DNA of 64,000 nucleotides. It comes from Minisyncoccia bacterium (GTDB lineage: Bacteria > Patescibacteriota > Minisyncoccia > Phycocordibacterales > CAJBRS01). Both the position numbers and the translations under genes were made by a program. The DNA lies in NCBI GenBank assembly GCA_038215155.1, contig JBBQRF010000001.1, positions 142,205 to 206,204 on the forward strand, read 5' to 3'. A model generated the notes under the pieces. That model ran no database searches and was not told where the DNA came from. It saw nothing but the letters and a program-made list of their open reading frames with translations. Positions 7,840-16,937 of the stretch are shown here, one piece after another; positions within the stretch are counted from its first letter, which is position 1, and each line of letters starts with the position of its first letter.

Positions 7840-10800
7840 TAAGGTGTAGTGCTACTATCTGCAGGAGGAGGCGCGTCGGTGGCAGAAGGTGCGCTGACTG
7901 AAGAGGAATTTCCGGTTTCAGTTGGCGGAGTAGGAGTAGGAGTGGTATCTGGAGATGGATCAGCCGGTAGCTCAGAAGTTGGAGGTAAAACAGACGTTGA
8001 CGTTGCAGCAGGGGGCGTATTTATAATGACAGGAGGCGGAGGCGTTGATATGACGTTGGTAGTACTTGTAGCGTTTTCATCCAGACACTCTCCTGGATCC
8101 GTCTTCATTGCGCCATTTTGCATAGTGATGCAGTAGTACTTTCCGGTAATCTTATCTTTAATAGTAATACCCTCTTCCACTTTCACGTGCTTCACCGTCA
8201 ACCTCTCCACGAAGACATCTTTCAGATATGCAATGCCATCTACTACTTCGGCGCCAAAACTTTGAAGGGCGCCGAGAATCTCTCCCCCAATAGAGGTGTG
8301 GTTAGTAGAAAGATTAGTTAATGATTCAATAGAAGCCACTCTAATCTCAAGCTTTCCTAGTGCTTCAGTAGTCGAAGCACTGTGGGAGTCTAGTTTCTTA
8401 GAAAGAGCTTGAATACCAATAAGTGCTACGCCTGCTGGATCAATGGAGGAGATACTGGTGTCAGATCCTCCTAGGTGGAACTTTTCATAGAAATCTTGGG
8501 CTACGGGACCAATGTGAGTAATTCCAGAGTTTTCTGATTTGTAATTCCACTGTTGGATATTAAGGTTATTGATCTTGCCCAAGACTTCTTCCCCATTTAA
8601 ATCTGTGAAGTTCTCCTTGAGATTGCGGTCCGAGGCGTTGGTCCAGGTACCTCCGACTGATAGGCAGGCGCCGTTTGATGCCAAGACACTCTTGTCTCCA
8701 TTAATAGAGAGCCATCCGTTGCAGTATCCTATTTGAGAAGAAGAGGAGGTGGCGTTTGTGAGACAGGCGCCGAAGGCGGAGGCAAGACAGGCAGAGGCGG
8801 TGTTGAAGAAGCCGAATGCATTGGATGAGGTGCCGGAAGCACCATTAGTTAAACCTATTGCAGAGCTTTTGTATCCACTAGAACTATTACCTACACCGAA
8901 TGCGACCACACAAACTCCGGAAGAAGTGTTGAGGTACCCCGCAATCGAAGCTCCTAACCCACTAGCAGTATTAGCAATACCGAAGCTTGAACTTTTATAG
9001 CCGCTCGAGGTGTTAGTCATGCCAAAAGCAAAAGCACAATTATTAGAGACGGTGTTTTGATATCCAAAACCTCCCGACAAATTGCAACTGACATTATTGA
9101 GCCAACCGAAGGCATTCGAATTGGATCCTGAAGAAGTATTTTGAATACCGAAAGCCACACTAGCATTTCCACTTGAAATGTTAGATTTTCCATAAGCCAC
9201 AGCAAAGGTGGTGCTAGCAATGTTTGAGTATCCACCGACAGAACTGCCAGGACCGGAGGCGGTGTTGGAATAACCAAAACCTGAGCTGTAATCTCCTGAG
9301 GCGGTGTTGCCGTAGCCGAAGGCGGAAGATAAATTGCCCGAGGCAATATTTCTATAACCGAAAGCTGAAGCAAAACGGTTGCCACTAGCCGTGTTGCAAA
9401 GACCAAGGGCGGAGTTGTAACAACTACTAGCCGTGTTGCAAACGCCGAAGGCGGAGGAAAGGTTGCCGGAGACGGTGTTGAAGCGGCCGACGGCTGATGA
9501 GAAACCTCCAGTAGCACAATTTACAAATCCTACGGCAACGCTCCCATTCCCAGCAGTAAACCCGCTATTGTTCCCCAACCCAACCACCACGCTACCATTA
9601 AAAGCGGCATTGGCAGAATTATTTATACCGATAGCAATGTTGTTGTATCCTCCGATAGCGGCGTTGGCATTATTTCCTAAACCAAAAGCCATACTACAAA
9701 TGGCATTAGTTTGATTACACGCCCCGAATGCAGCTCCCAAACAACTACTAACGGTATTGCGGTAACCCGAGGCGGAGGAGCAGCTTCCCGAGACAGTATT
9801 GTATGCTCCGGAGGCAGAACTGCGATTATTTGAAGCAAGGTTACAAAAGCCAAATGCACTTGCGGCAGATCCGCTTGCTGTATTGCAAAAACCAAAACCC
9901 GAAGCCCCTCCACCAGAAGCCGTGTTTAAATAACCTGCAACGGAACTACTATCTCCAATTGCTCTATTACAAAACCCCACCGCCGATGCCCTGCAACCAG
10001 AAGCTGAATTATAAACTCCGCTTGCTGTGGAGTAATCTTGAGTAGCGCAATTTTGATAGCCAAATGTATTTGAAACGTACGAGGTAGAGCAATTACGCGT
10101 ACCTAGGGCTAATGATCCATAACCTGTTGCAAAACTACACCGACCAAATATGGCACTGTAATTACCTGAAGAAGTATTAGCTTCTCCGATCGCTATAGAA
10201 CTACAGGCGCTTGCAATGTTAGAGAAGCCAATAGCGTAGCTTCTATATCCACTTGCAGTATTGCAGGCTCCAACTGCAGAGGAGTACGATAGCAGTCCGC
10301 CATATCCTCCTATTCCCCCTGCTTTGTTGCAATAACCAAGAGCCGTTGATCCCGTACTTGTTGCTTGATTTCTAAATCCCACTGCACTAGCATTTACTCC
10401 AGTAGCTGAGTTCTGGAATCCCACCTCTATCGGATTCAAGTTATTAACATTGGCTGCAGTTGTGGATGAGAAATTAGAACAGAAGGTGTTAAAGTTCTGA
10501 TTAATATTATTGATCTGATTCTGTATATTCTGCACCTCGGCTTTACTGACTCCATCCATGTGACCGATGACTGATCCACCAGCGTAGGTAATGTAGTTGT
10601 TGGTGACTGGAATTGTACTTGGTTGATTGTTTGCGGTATAGATCTCTGCTTCAAGCTTGTCGTTGAGAGCTTTTAGTTTTTGATTGAGTAATGTCTCGGT
10701 GACTCCATTAACAATGGTGGTGTTGCGGATGACTGTCACAGGTCCCGAGCTTGGCGAGGGACCTGTTGGAGCAGAAGGTCCTCCACCTTGAGAGGTGTAA

Positions 10801-11207
10801 TTGTTAATGATGGTGGTAGTAGAGTAGGTAGAACGTGGCAGTGGTGGGGGTGGAGTAGTAGGTTGGATGACTTTAATGATTGGAGAAGGTGGAGTGGGTT
10901 TTTTGAATAGATCAAAGAAGGAAGAGATGATGTCTCCAATAGAACTAATGACGCTTCCAGTAAGGGATAGTGGTTTAATGAAAAGAGCGTTCGAGTTTAA
11001 AGCAAGCTGGCCATTTCGGAAGTGCGAAATGGCCAGGAATTTCTGGATATTCCCGGGTTTTAGATCAAGAGAGTTGTTGGCTATTCTCTTTAAAGGGGAG
11101 GGGGTGGTTTTTTCGCGTGGTGAAAGAGAGTTTTCGCTTCCCAGAGTGCGAAAAAGGAGGAAAATAGCTAGAGAAAGTAAGGTTAATTTAGAAAGAAGAC
11201 GTTTCAT
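7839..11207 (-). CDS. large surface protein: Cys-rich YadA-head-like 14-aa repeats, peptidase S74 chaperone domain, Pro/Thr-rich tail
   Basis: NTASGxxSxAxG repeats; SDRNLKEN...HIGPVAQDF; signal-like MKRLLSK start (ORF open to 11258). Confidence 0.85.
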   Translation of the reverse strand: MKRLLSKLTLLSLAIFLLFRTLGSENSLSPREKTTPSPLKRIANNSLDLKPGNIQKFLAISHFRNGQLALNSNALFIKPLSLTGSVISSIGDIISSFFDLFKKPTPPSPIIKVIQPTTPPPPLPRSTYSTTTIINNYTSQGGGPSAPTGPSPSSGPVTVIRNTTIVNGVTETLLNQKLKALNDKLEAEIYTANNQPSTIPVTNNYITYAGGSVIGHMDGVSKAEVQNIQNQINNINQNFNTFCSNFSSTTAANVNNLNPIEVGFQNSATGVNASAVGFRNQATSTGSTALGYCNKAGGIGGYGGLLSYSSAVGACNTASGYRSYAIGFSNIASACSSIAIGEANTSSGNYSAIFGRCSFATGYGSLALGTRNCSTSYVSNTFGYQNCATQDYSTASGVYNSASGCRASAVGFCNRAIGDSSSVAGYLNTASGGGASGFGFCNTASGSAASAFGFCNLASNNRSSASGAYNTVSGSCSSASGYRNTVSSCLGAAFGACNQTNAICSMAFGLGNNANAAIGGYNNIAIGINNSANAAFNGSVVVGLGNNSGFTAGNGSVAVGFVNCATGGFSSAVGRFNTVSGNLSSAFGVCNTASSCYNSALGLCNTASGNRFASAFGYRNIASGNLSSAFGYGNTASGDYSSGFGYSNTASGPGSSVGGYSNIASTTFAVAYGKSNISSGNASVAFGIQNTSSGSNSNAFGWLNNVSCNLSGGFGYQNTVSNNCAFAFGMTNTSSGYKSSSFGIANTASGLGASIAGYLNTSSGVCVVAFGVGNSSSGYKSSAIGLTNGASGTSSNAFGFFNTASACLASAFGACLTNATSSSSQIGYCNGWLSINGDKSVLASNGACLSVGGTWTNASDRNLKENFTDLNGEEVLGKINNLNIQQWNYKSENSGITHIGPVAQDFYEKFHLGGSDTSISSIDPAGVALIGIQALSKKLDSHSASTTEALGKLEIRVASIESLTNLSTNHTSIGGEILGALQSFGAEVVDGIAYLKDVFVERLTVKHVKVEEGITIKDKITGKYYCITMQNGAMKTDPGECLDENATSTTNVISTPPPPVIINTPPAATSTSVLPPTSELPADPSPDTTPTPTPPTETGNSSSVSAPSATDAPPPADSSTTP

Positions 11208-11276
11208 TGATCCCTCGTTAATGATGGGATTATTGTAGCATATTCTAGAGGGGTGCAAGAAGATAAAAGAAGAAAA

Positions 11277-11930
11277 CTATCCTCCAAAGATGTCCATCTC
11301 GCTTAGAGGCTCAGCCTCTAAGCTCTTCCTTCGTTGAATATCCTTTATAGAATCCGAAGCAAATGATCTATAATCTTCCAGTGAGACAAACTGATCTAAA
11401 ATAACATTTTTTCCAATACAAATATCATTCGCCTCTATCTCCGACCTTTTATACTCTTCCCAGCTCGACACACTCAACTTAGAGGCTGAGCCTCTAAGGG
11501 TGTTATTTAAATTAATATAAGCGCTCAGATGAAGAAGATAGTGGTTAGAATCTATATGTTTGTTTTTATATCTTCCTTCAAAGAGACATCCGGTACGTTG
11601 ATATTTATCATTGAAATATCTGGTATAGCCGGTACTTACCCGATGCATGAATTTATTAACTCCTGAATCACTTATGGCCTTAACTAGAAAATGGTAGTGA
11701 TTGGAGTTAAGACAATATGATACAAATTCAACCAACTTAGAGGCTGAGCCTCTAAGTCCAGATCTGAAAGAGTTCACATGCAAACCTCCACCTGCGTATT
11801 CGGTATTAAAAATTATCATACTTTTAAAAAAACGCTTGAGATCGTTTGGGGCCATAAAAATATCCCGTTTATCAACACCTCGGTTATATATATGATAATA
11901 TTCCCCTTCTATAATTTTTATTTTCCTCAT
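11277..11930 (-). mobile_element. REP-associated tyrosine transposase-like (RAYT, Y1 HUH) gene
   Basis: YYHIYNRG, YCLNSNHYHFL (HUH), YFN..Y.RTGCLFEGRY, YINLN; associated palindromes. Confidence 0.88.
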
Positions 11931-12067
11931 ACTTAAGGGCCGACTTAGAAGTTCAGCCTCTAAGTAAGATACAGAAACGTAATAAAGGAAAAATAAAAAT
12001 TAGATTAAATAGCTTCTTTACTCAGTGCAGTACTTAGAGGCTCAGCCTCTAAGTACTGCACTGAGTA
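11301..12067. repeat. five copies of 21-bp palindrome CTTAGAGGCT(C/G)AGCCTCTAAG
   Basis: copies at 11302, 11478, 11736, 11944 (2 mismatches) and 12033 (core of the 49-bp hairpin 12019-12067). Confidence 0.95.
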
Positions 12068-12082
12068 CCGTGTTAAGTAGAG

Positions 12083-12874
12083 CTATTTCCAAAAGTTGAG
12101 GTTCTCCAAGGGAGCAGCGAAGGCACCTAATACTTTTGGCCATTGAGGATCAATTGGTTCTACTTTGCTGCGAATGTCGTGAAGCCCTTTGAAACCATGG
12201 ACAGAGTCATCTTCCCAGGTCACTTGTTTTACATCCTCAAAATTATGTTTGAATGGCTTCTCATCTAAAAACTTGTAAATTTCTTCCATAGTCTTCTGCG
12301 GTTCTCGCGTCAGTTGTTCAAATTCTATAAAAAACATTCGATCTCGATATCCTCTATTAATAGCGTCGCGAATGCGAGAGTAAGCGAGACCTACTGGCTG
12401 ATCAACCTGCATCCAAACATCCACGCGCCCTTCCACTGTCTGAAATTTAAAATAATTGGCGGATTCTTGATTGATTTGTGTGGTACTGGAATTTGCTCGC
12501 CAAAGTTTTTCAAAGCTCGCAAGAATATCGCGGATGTCGCGCACTGGTACTAAAACTTTGGCTGGTCTTCCAATAACTGCTTCTGCCATTTCAATTAAGG
12601 AAAGCCAGCCCCGACATTTATCAAAGATTACTGGTTTTTCAATATCTTCGTAATAACTTTCTAGAATGCCGCGCATCACTCGCAGTAGCGCGGCGTCATT
12701 CGGCGCCGCTTGAAACTCCACTAGATTGTGCCATTGATTGCGCACACCAAACATTACATCCATGATGCCGCTCGTACCAGTAGTATGAAAGCGTGGATTT
12801 TGGGCCAGAATATTAGCAAGCAATGTTGACCCAGAACGAGGGAGGCCTGCAATAAAATGATAGGTCTTTTTCAT
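12083..12874 (-). CDS. PAPS-dependent sulfotransferase family protein
   Basis: GLPRSGSTLL (5'-PSB loop), VRDIRDILASF (3'-PB). Confidence 0.9.
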   Translation of the reverse strand: MKKTYHFIAGLPRSGSTLLANILAQNPRFHTTGTSGIMDVMFGVRNQWHNLVEFQAAPNDAALLRVMRGILESYYEDIEKPVIFDKCRGWLSLIEMAEAVIGRPAKVLVPVRDIRDILASFEKLWRANSSTTQINQESANYFKFQTVEGRVDVWMQVDQPVGLAYSRIRDAINRGYRDRMFFIEFEQLTREPQKTMEEIYKFLDEKPFKHNFEDVKQVTWEDDSVHGFKGLHDIRSKVEPIDPQWPKVLGAFAAPLENLNFWK

Positions 12875-12980
12875 CCTTCACATTATAACAGAGAGGAAAG
12901 AAAATATTTTAGCCGAAAAAACTAAGGATGACGCGGGCGTATAAAAATGTGTGGTATATGATTTCCATAATGATTAATTA

Positions 12981-15900
12981 TTAATTGGCAATTGAAACGG
13001 GGGCGTCTGGGGCGCTGATTGGTGCAGAGATAGTAGGAGCGGAGACGATGGGTGCTGCGATGGTTGGAACTGGAGTGACGACAGCTTCGACTGGGGCGGG
13101 ATTAGCAGGAGAGTTGCTTGGAGATGGAGCGACGCTCGCTGGTGCAACGTCTGGAGTAGGATCCGTTGGTGGAGTAACAGGAGGATGATCTATAGCACCA
13201 ATACCATCAACTGGTGAAGAGGTTGGGGCCGTTGCGACTGGAGGAGCGGATAAAGTTATAGTGTTGTTATTTGAATCGGTAGTAATAACTGAGTTAGTAG
13301 AAGTTGCGGTGGAATCAGGACACTCCCCTGCGTCACTTTTCATTTGACCATTCATAAAGTAGACACAAAGTGGTGCTCCAGTTCCCCGATCGTAGATAGT
13401 GAAGCCAGTTTTAGTAACGTCCTTGCCTTTAATGGTGAGATTCTGAGTAGTAAAGTGTTGAACAAAAACATTTTTCAGATATGAAATGCTGTCTACTATT
13501 TCAGATCCAAAGGATGTCAAAGTGCTGAAAAGTTCGGAGCCTAGACCCGCGCCTCCGGCGCCGCCCCCCATCCCCTCTTTCAATCCCTCTAAACTCTTCA
13601 CTCGAATATCAAGTGAAGCAAAAGCAGCGGTAGTAGAAGCATTTAAAACATCCTGTTTATTCATATAGTCAGTAGTGGATGCAGTGCTTGAAGCCAGGTT
13701 TTGATAAAGAGCCTTAACCGATGACATTAACAATCCATTAACGGAAACCTGATCAATTACATTTCCCCACATAAACTGTGGATCAACTTCGTCGGCAATA
13801 TATCCTAATCGTTTCTTAGCTAGCAGACTATCAGAACCATATCCTTCAACATCGTTCTTGTATCGGAAATAATGAAGAGGGGCGTCCAGGATTTTCTTCA
13901 AGCCATCATTATAGTCATCGTAATTTTCAATATCCTGCTTCGTCTCTCGTACAGAAGTTTGAGCTCCCACCACTACCCCAACGGTGTCCGTAGTCGTTGC
14001 CTGAAGAGGGTTAACTCTGACATTACCAGCGGAGTCTACCCACATAAATGTAGAGGTTCCGACTTTTCCAACAAATTGAAGAGCACCCGGACTAGCATTT
14101 GTCGCATTTGAGTTTCGCCCAAGGGTTAAGAATTGTCCTCCACTACCATTCCCTCGATCATAAGATGGTAAGACTAAGGAAGCGGTTCCTGAAGCGGCAG
14201 TGCTAAATTGCCCCGAATTTCCAATATCTAATAAGCGGGTAGGGGTAGAGGTGCCGATTCCAACCAAACCTCCGGCAGTGATATGTAAAACTGATGTTCC
14301 TGTGGATGAGGCAATGTCTAATATACCGTTTGCGCCCGCCAGACCCACCACCGAAAATCGGGAAGAACCAGTGCTTGTACCGATATTAATGACTCCATTC
14401 AAAGTATCTGCCACAAAAAGATGCGTGTTACCAGCCGACCCTTGAATTTGTAAAGCCGTCACAGAATCTGAGGTACTCTGAAAAGAAACAGGAGCACTTA
14501 CCACTCCTCTAAGTTGTACTCCGCCAATTTGGTATGACGTAAGAATTGCACCAGTTTGCAGTTGCACAGCATCAAGAAAGAAAGTTCGGCCTAAGGCATC
14601 TGTTTGTTCAATAAAAATATATGGGGTTCCGGAAATAGTACCGGAAGTAAATGTACAGGAAAATCTCTTCCATCCTCCCGTAACTACCGTAGTGTTGTTT
14701 AAAGTACAGGTTTGTTCATTTACTCCATCACTTGCTATCCCTGCTCTAATAGTAAAATTTGAGCTTGAGGCTTGGGCATAGAAAGATAAAGTGTATTGAG
14801 TAGCTGAAGACAAAGTATTTGTAAAAGCTGTGGTCTTAGCACCACTACTTGCTACAGCTGCATCAACAACTTGGAGCGAACTGATTCCGTGATACTTATT
14901 GGTAGTAACGCCAGTGATGGATCCAGATCCTAAGACTGGCGCCCATCCGTTTGTATTTGATTCAAACCCCGGATTATTCACTAAGTTAATAGTGCTTGTA
15001 TCTACCGTAAAGATAGGAGCACCCTGACTATTTTGGACCTGAAAAGCATTTGTGGTGTTTGTGGCAGTAAGAATACTTGCAGTTCCTACGACACTTAAAT
15101 TTTGCGAAGGAGTTGATGTTCCAATTCCAACATTTCCATTCTGTAGAACGGTTAAGAGAGAGATTCCTGTGGAGGAAGCAACGTTAAATGGATTTACTCC
15201 TGAGGATCCCTGAACGTTGAAGGTGAATGAAGAAGATGTGGCGTTAACTCCAGCTACAGTGGCGTTATCTAAAAATAATCCGGATGACAAAGTTGAAGCA
15301 CTGGTCCAGCGTGCTAGGAATCCATTTGTGCCTCCGGAAAGTGATCCTCCACCAATACCCAGAGTGGAGGTCGCTACCCACTGAGTGCCCGCCCCGTTTG
15401 TTTGCAAAACCATGCCATTAGTGCCGGCACTAGAATTTCTATCAAAAAATGTACCTGCAAGTGATAGCGCTCCACCAACCGAAAGGTTATTGGTGAAGGT
15501 GGAAGTGCCGGCACCGATTACAGTCGTCAGTCCGGTAAATAGGCCATTTCCGACAACGGAGAGAGCGGCCGTAGGAGACGATGTACCAATACCCACATTC
15601 GCCGTATTATTATTAAAAATATTGTTTCCGCTCTGAGTCCACACACTATTTAAAGTTGCTCCACTAAATGAAAGGCCGGTGCCCGGGGTGATCGCTGCTT
15701 GTTTACCATTAAAGGTACTCCAATCAGTTGCTGTTAGTAATCCCCTATTTGAGGCAGAGGCACTTGGCATATTAAAAGTGTGGATTGTCCCCGAAGAAAC
15801 AATGGAAAAATCTGTACCAGTAGTAGTGGTCGCAAAGGTTTGTGAAGATCCGCTAAGACCGTTAAGTGAAGTTATTCCCGATCCCCCACTAATTCCCAGA

Positions 15901-16784
15901 GTAGAGGTGGCAACCCAACGAGAAGATGTTCCTGTTGTTTGAAGCACCATACCCTGAGTTCCAATTGAGGAACTTCCATCGAAGAACCCTCCTGATAAAG
16001 AAAGTGCGCCACCAATGGATAGATTATTGTTGAAAGAAGATGTGCCAGCGCCGGAGACGGTGGTGATGCCGGTAAATAGTCCATTGCCAGCGACGGAAAA
16101 TTTTGTGCTGGGGGTGGTGGAACCAATCCCGACATTGCCGTTACTTAAAACACTGAAGACATTGGTGGCTCCACTGAAAAGATCGAAAACATTTCCCGTA
16201 CTATTTTGAGTGATGGAAAGTGCTGTTTGAGAAGATGAAGCGTTAATCGTTCCAGTTTGATCGGCTCGAACGTATTGCGTAGATGAAGCACCTCCAAGAT
16301 TATAAGATTCAATGGAGGCCGGTGTGGCGCCAAGGATTTTTCGTGGAGTCATTTCTGCATCGGATTCGATGGTGACACCAAGGTAAAGTGATTGGTTAAA
16401 ATTAACACCAGTAAATGGTGTGGTGGATCCGAGCATGATACTAAAGAGTCCACTTGTTACTTGAACCTTATTAGCTGCCGTATCACTCTCAGTCCAAATG
16501 GCCGCTCCCCCAGTGGAAACTGTGTAGAGTTTAAAAGTCATGTTATATAACCCGTCGGCCACTGCCACGTTAGAAGCGTTAGTTAATTTCCCTTGATAAT
16601 TGATCTGCTGGTTAATAGCAGCGTTTGCAATATTAAAATTAGCGCCAAAAATTGTAAAAAAAATACTCCCAGTAATAAGGAGTGTAAGTATGAGGGATCT
16701 TACGAGTGACTTATTAAGTTGTTTGTTAAATTTGCTTAACTGGACCATTTCAGAATCCCTCTGAAATCTATCCCCCTTGCTCAT
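12981..16784 (-). CDS. large surface protein with INYQG N-domain, GNVGIG repeats, CBM-like module and S74 chaperone domain
   Basis: INYQGKLT...EMTPR; ~85-aa internal duplication; NLVNNPGFE; TSVRETKQDI...GYIADEV. Confidence 0.85.
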   Translation of the reverse strand: MSKGDRFQRDSEMVQLSKFNKQLNKSLVRSLILTLLITGSIFFTIFGANFNIANAAINQQINYQGKLTNASNVAVADGLYNMTFKLYTVSTGGAAIWTESDTAANKVQVTSGLFSIMLGSTTPFTGVNFNQSLYLGVTIESDAEMTPRKILGATPASIESYNLGGASSTQYVRADQTGTINASSSQTALSITQNSTGNVFDLFSGATNVFSVLSNGNVGIGSTTPSTKFSVAGNGLFTGITTVSGAGTSSFNNNLSIGGALSLSGGFFDGSSSIGTQGMVLQTTGTSSRWVATSTLGISGGSGITSLNGLSGSSQTFATTTTGTDFSIVSSGTIHTFNMPSASASNRGLLTATDWSTFNGKQAAITPGTGLSFSGATLNSVWTQSGNNIFNNNTANVGIGTSSPTAALSVVGNGLFTGLTTVIGAGTSTFTNNLSVGGALSLAGTFFDRNSSAGTNGMVLQTNGAGTQWVATSTLGIGGGSLSGGTNGFLARWTSASTLSSGLFLDNATVAGVNATSSSFTFNVQGSSGVNPFNVASSTGISLLTVLQNGNVGIGTSTPSQNLSVVGTASILTATNTTNAFQVQNSQGAPIFTVDTSTINLVNNPGFESNTNGWAPVLGSGSITGVTTNKYHGISSLQVVDAAVASSGAKTTAFTNTLSSATQYTLSFYAQASSSNFTIRAGIASDGVNEQTCTLNNTTVVTGGWKRFSCTFTSGTISGTPYIFIEQTDALGRTFFLDAVQLQTGAILTSYQIGGVQLRGVVSAPVSFQSTSDSVTALQIQGSAGNTHLFVADTLNGVINIGTSTGSSRFSVVGLAGANGILDIASSTGTSVLHITAGGLVGIGTSTPTRLLDIGNSGQFSTAASGTASLVLPSYDRGNGSGGQFLTLGRNSNATNASPGALQFVGKVGTSTFMWVDSAGNVRVNPLQATTTDTVGVVVGAQTSVRETKQDIENYDDYNDGLKKILDAPLHYFRYKNDVEGYGSDSLLAKKRLGYIADEVDPQFMWGNVIDQVSVNGLLMSSVKALYQNLASSTASTTDYMNKQDVLNASTTAAFASLDIRVKSLEGLKEGMGGGAGGAGLGSELFSTLTSFGSEIVDSISYLKNVFVQHFTTQNLTIKGKDVTKTGFTIYDRGTGAPLCVYFMNGQMKSDAGECPDSTATSTNSVITTDSNNNTITLSAPPVATAPTSSPVDGIGAIDHPPVTPPTDPTPDVAPASVAPSPSNSPANPAPVEAVVTPVPTIAAPIVSAPTISAPISAPDAPVSIAN

Positions 16785-16937
16785 TTTGAAAGTCGGAGCA
16801 CGACTTAATCCCTCGTCTAAAATTATAGCTTAAGCAGATTTTTAAACAAGCACCTTGGGAGGACGGGCCGATAGAACTTTAAGGGAAAACGAGCTTGAAG
16901 AATAAGGCTGCTTTAGCAGGGTCGGAGTTATCCCCAC

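Noticed and set aside
11301-12067. Possible CRISPR array from the repeated palindromes
   Set aside because: Spacing is irregular (about 90-260 bp), copies lie inside an ORF and no cas genes are present.
7839-16784. Prophage suggested by S74 tail-fibre chaperone domains
   Set aside because: Both proteins have signal-like N-termini and there is no capsid, terminase, portal or integrase gene.
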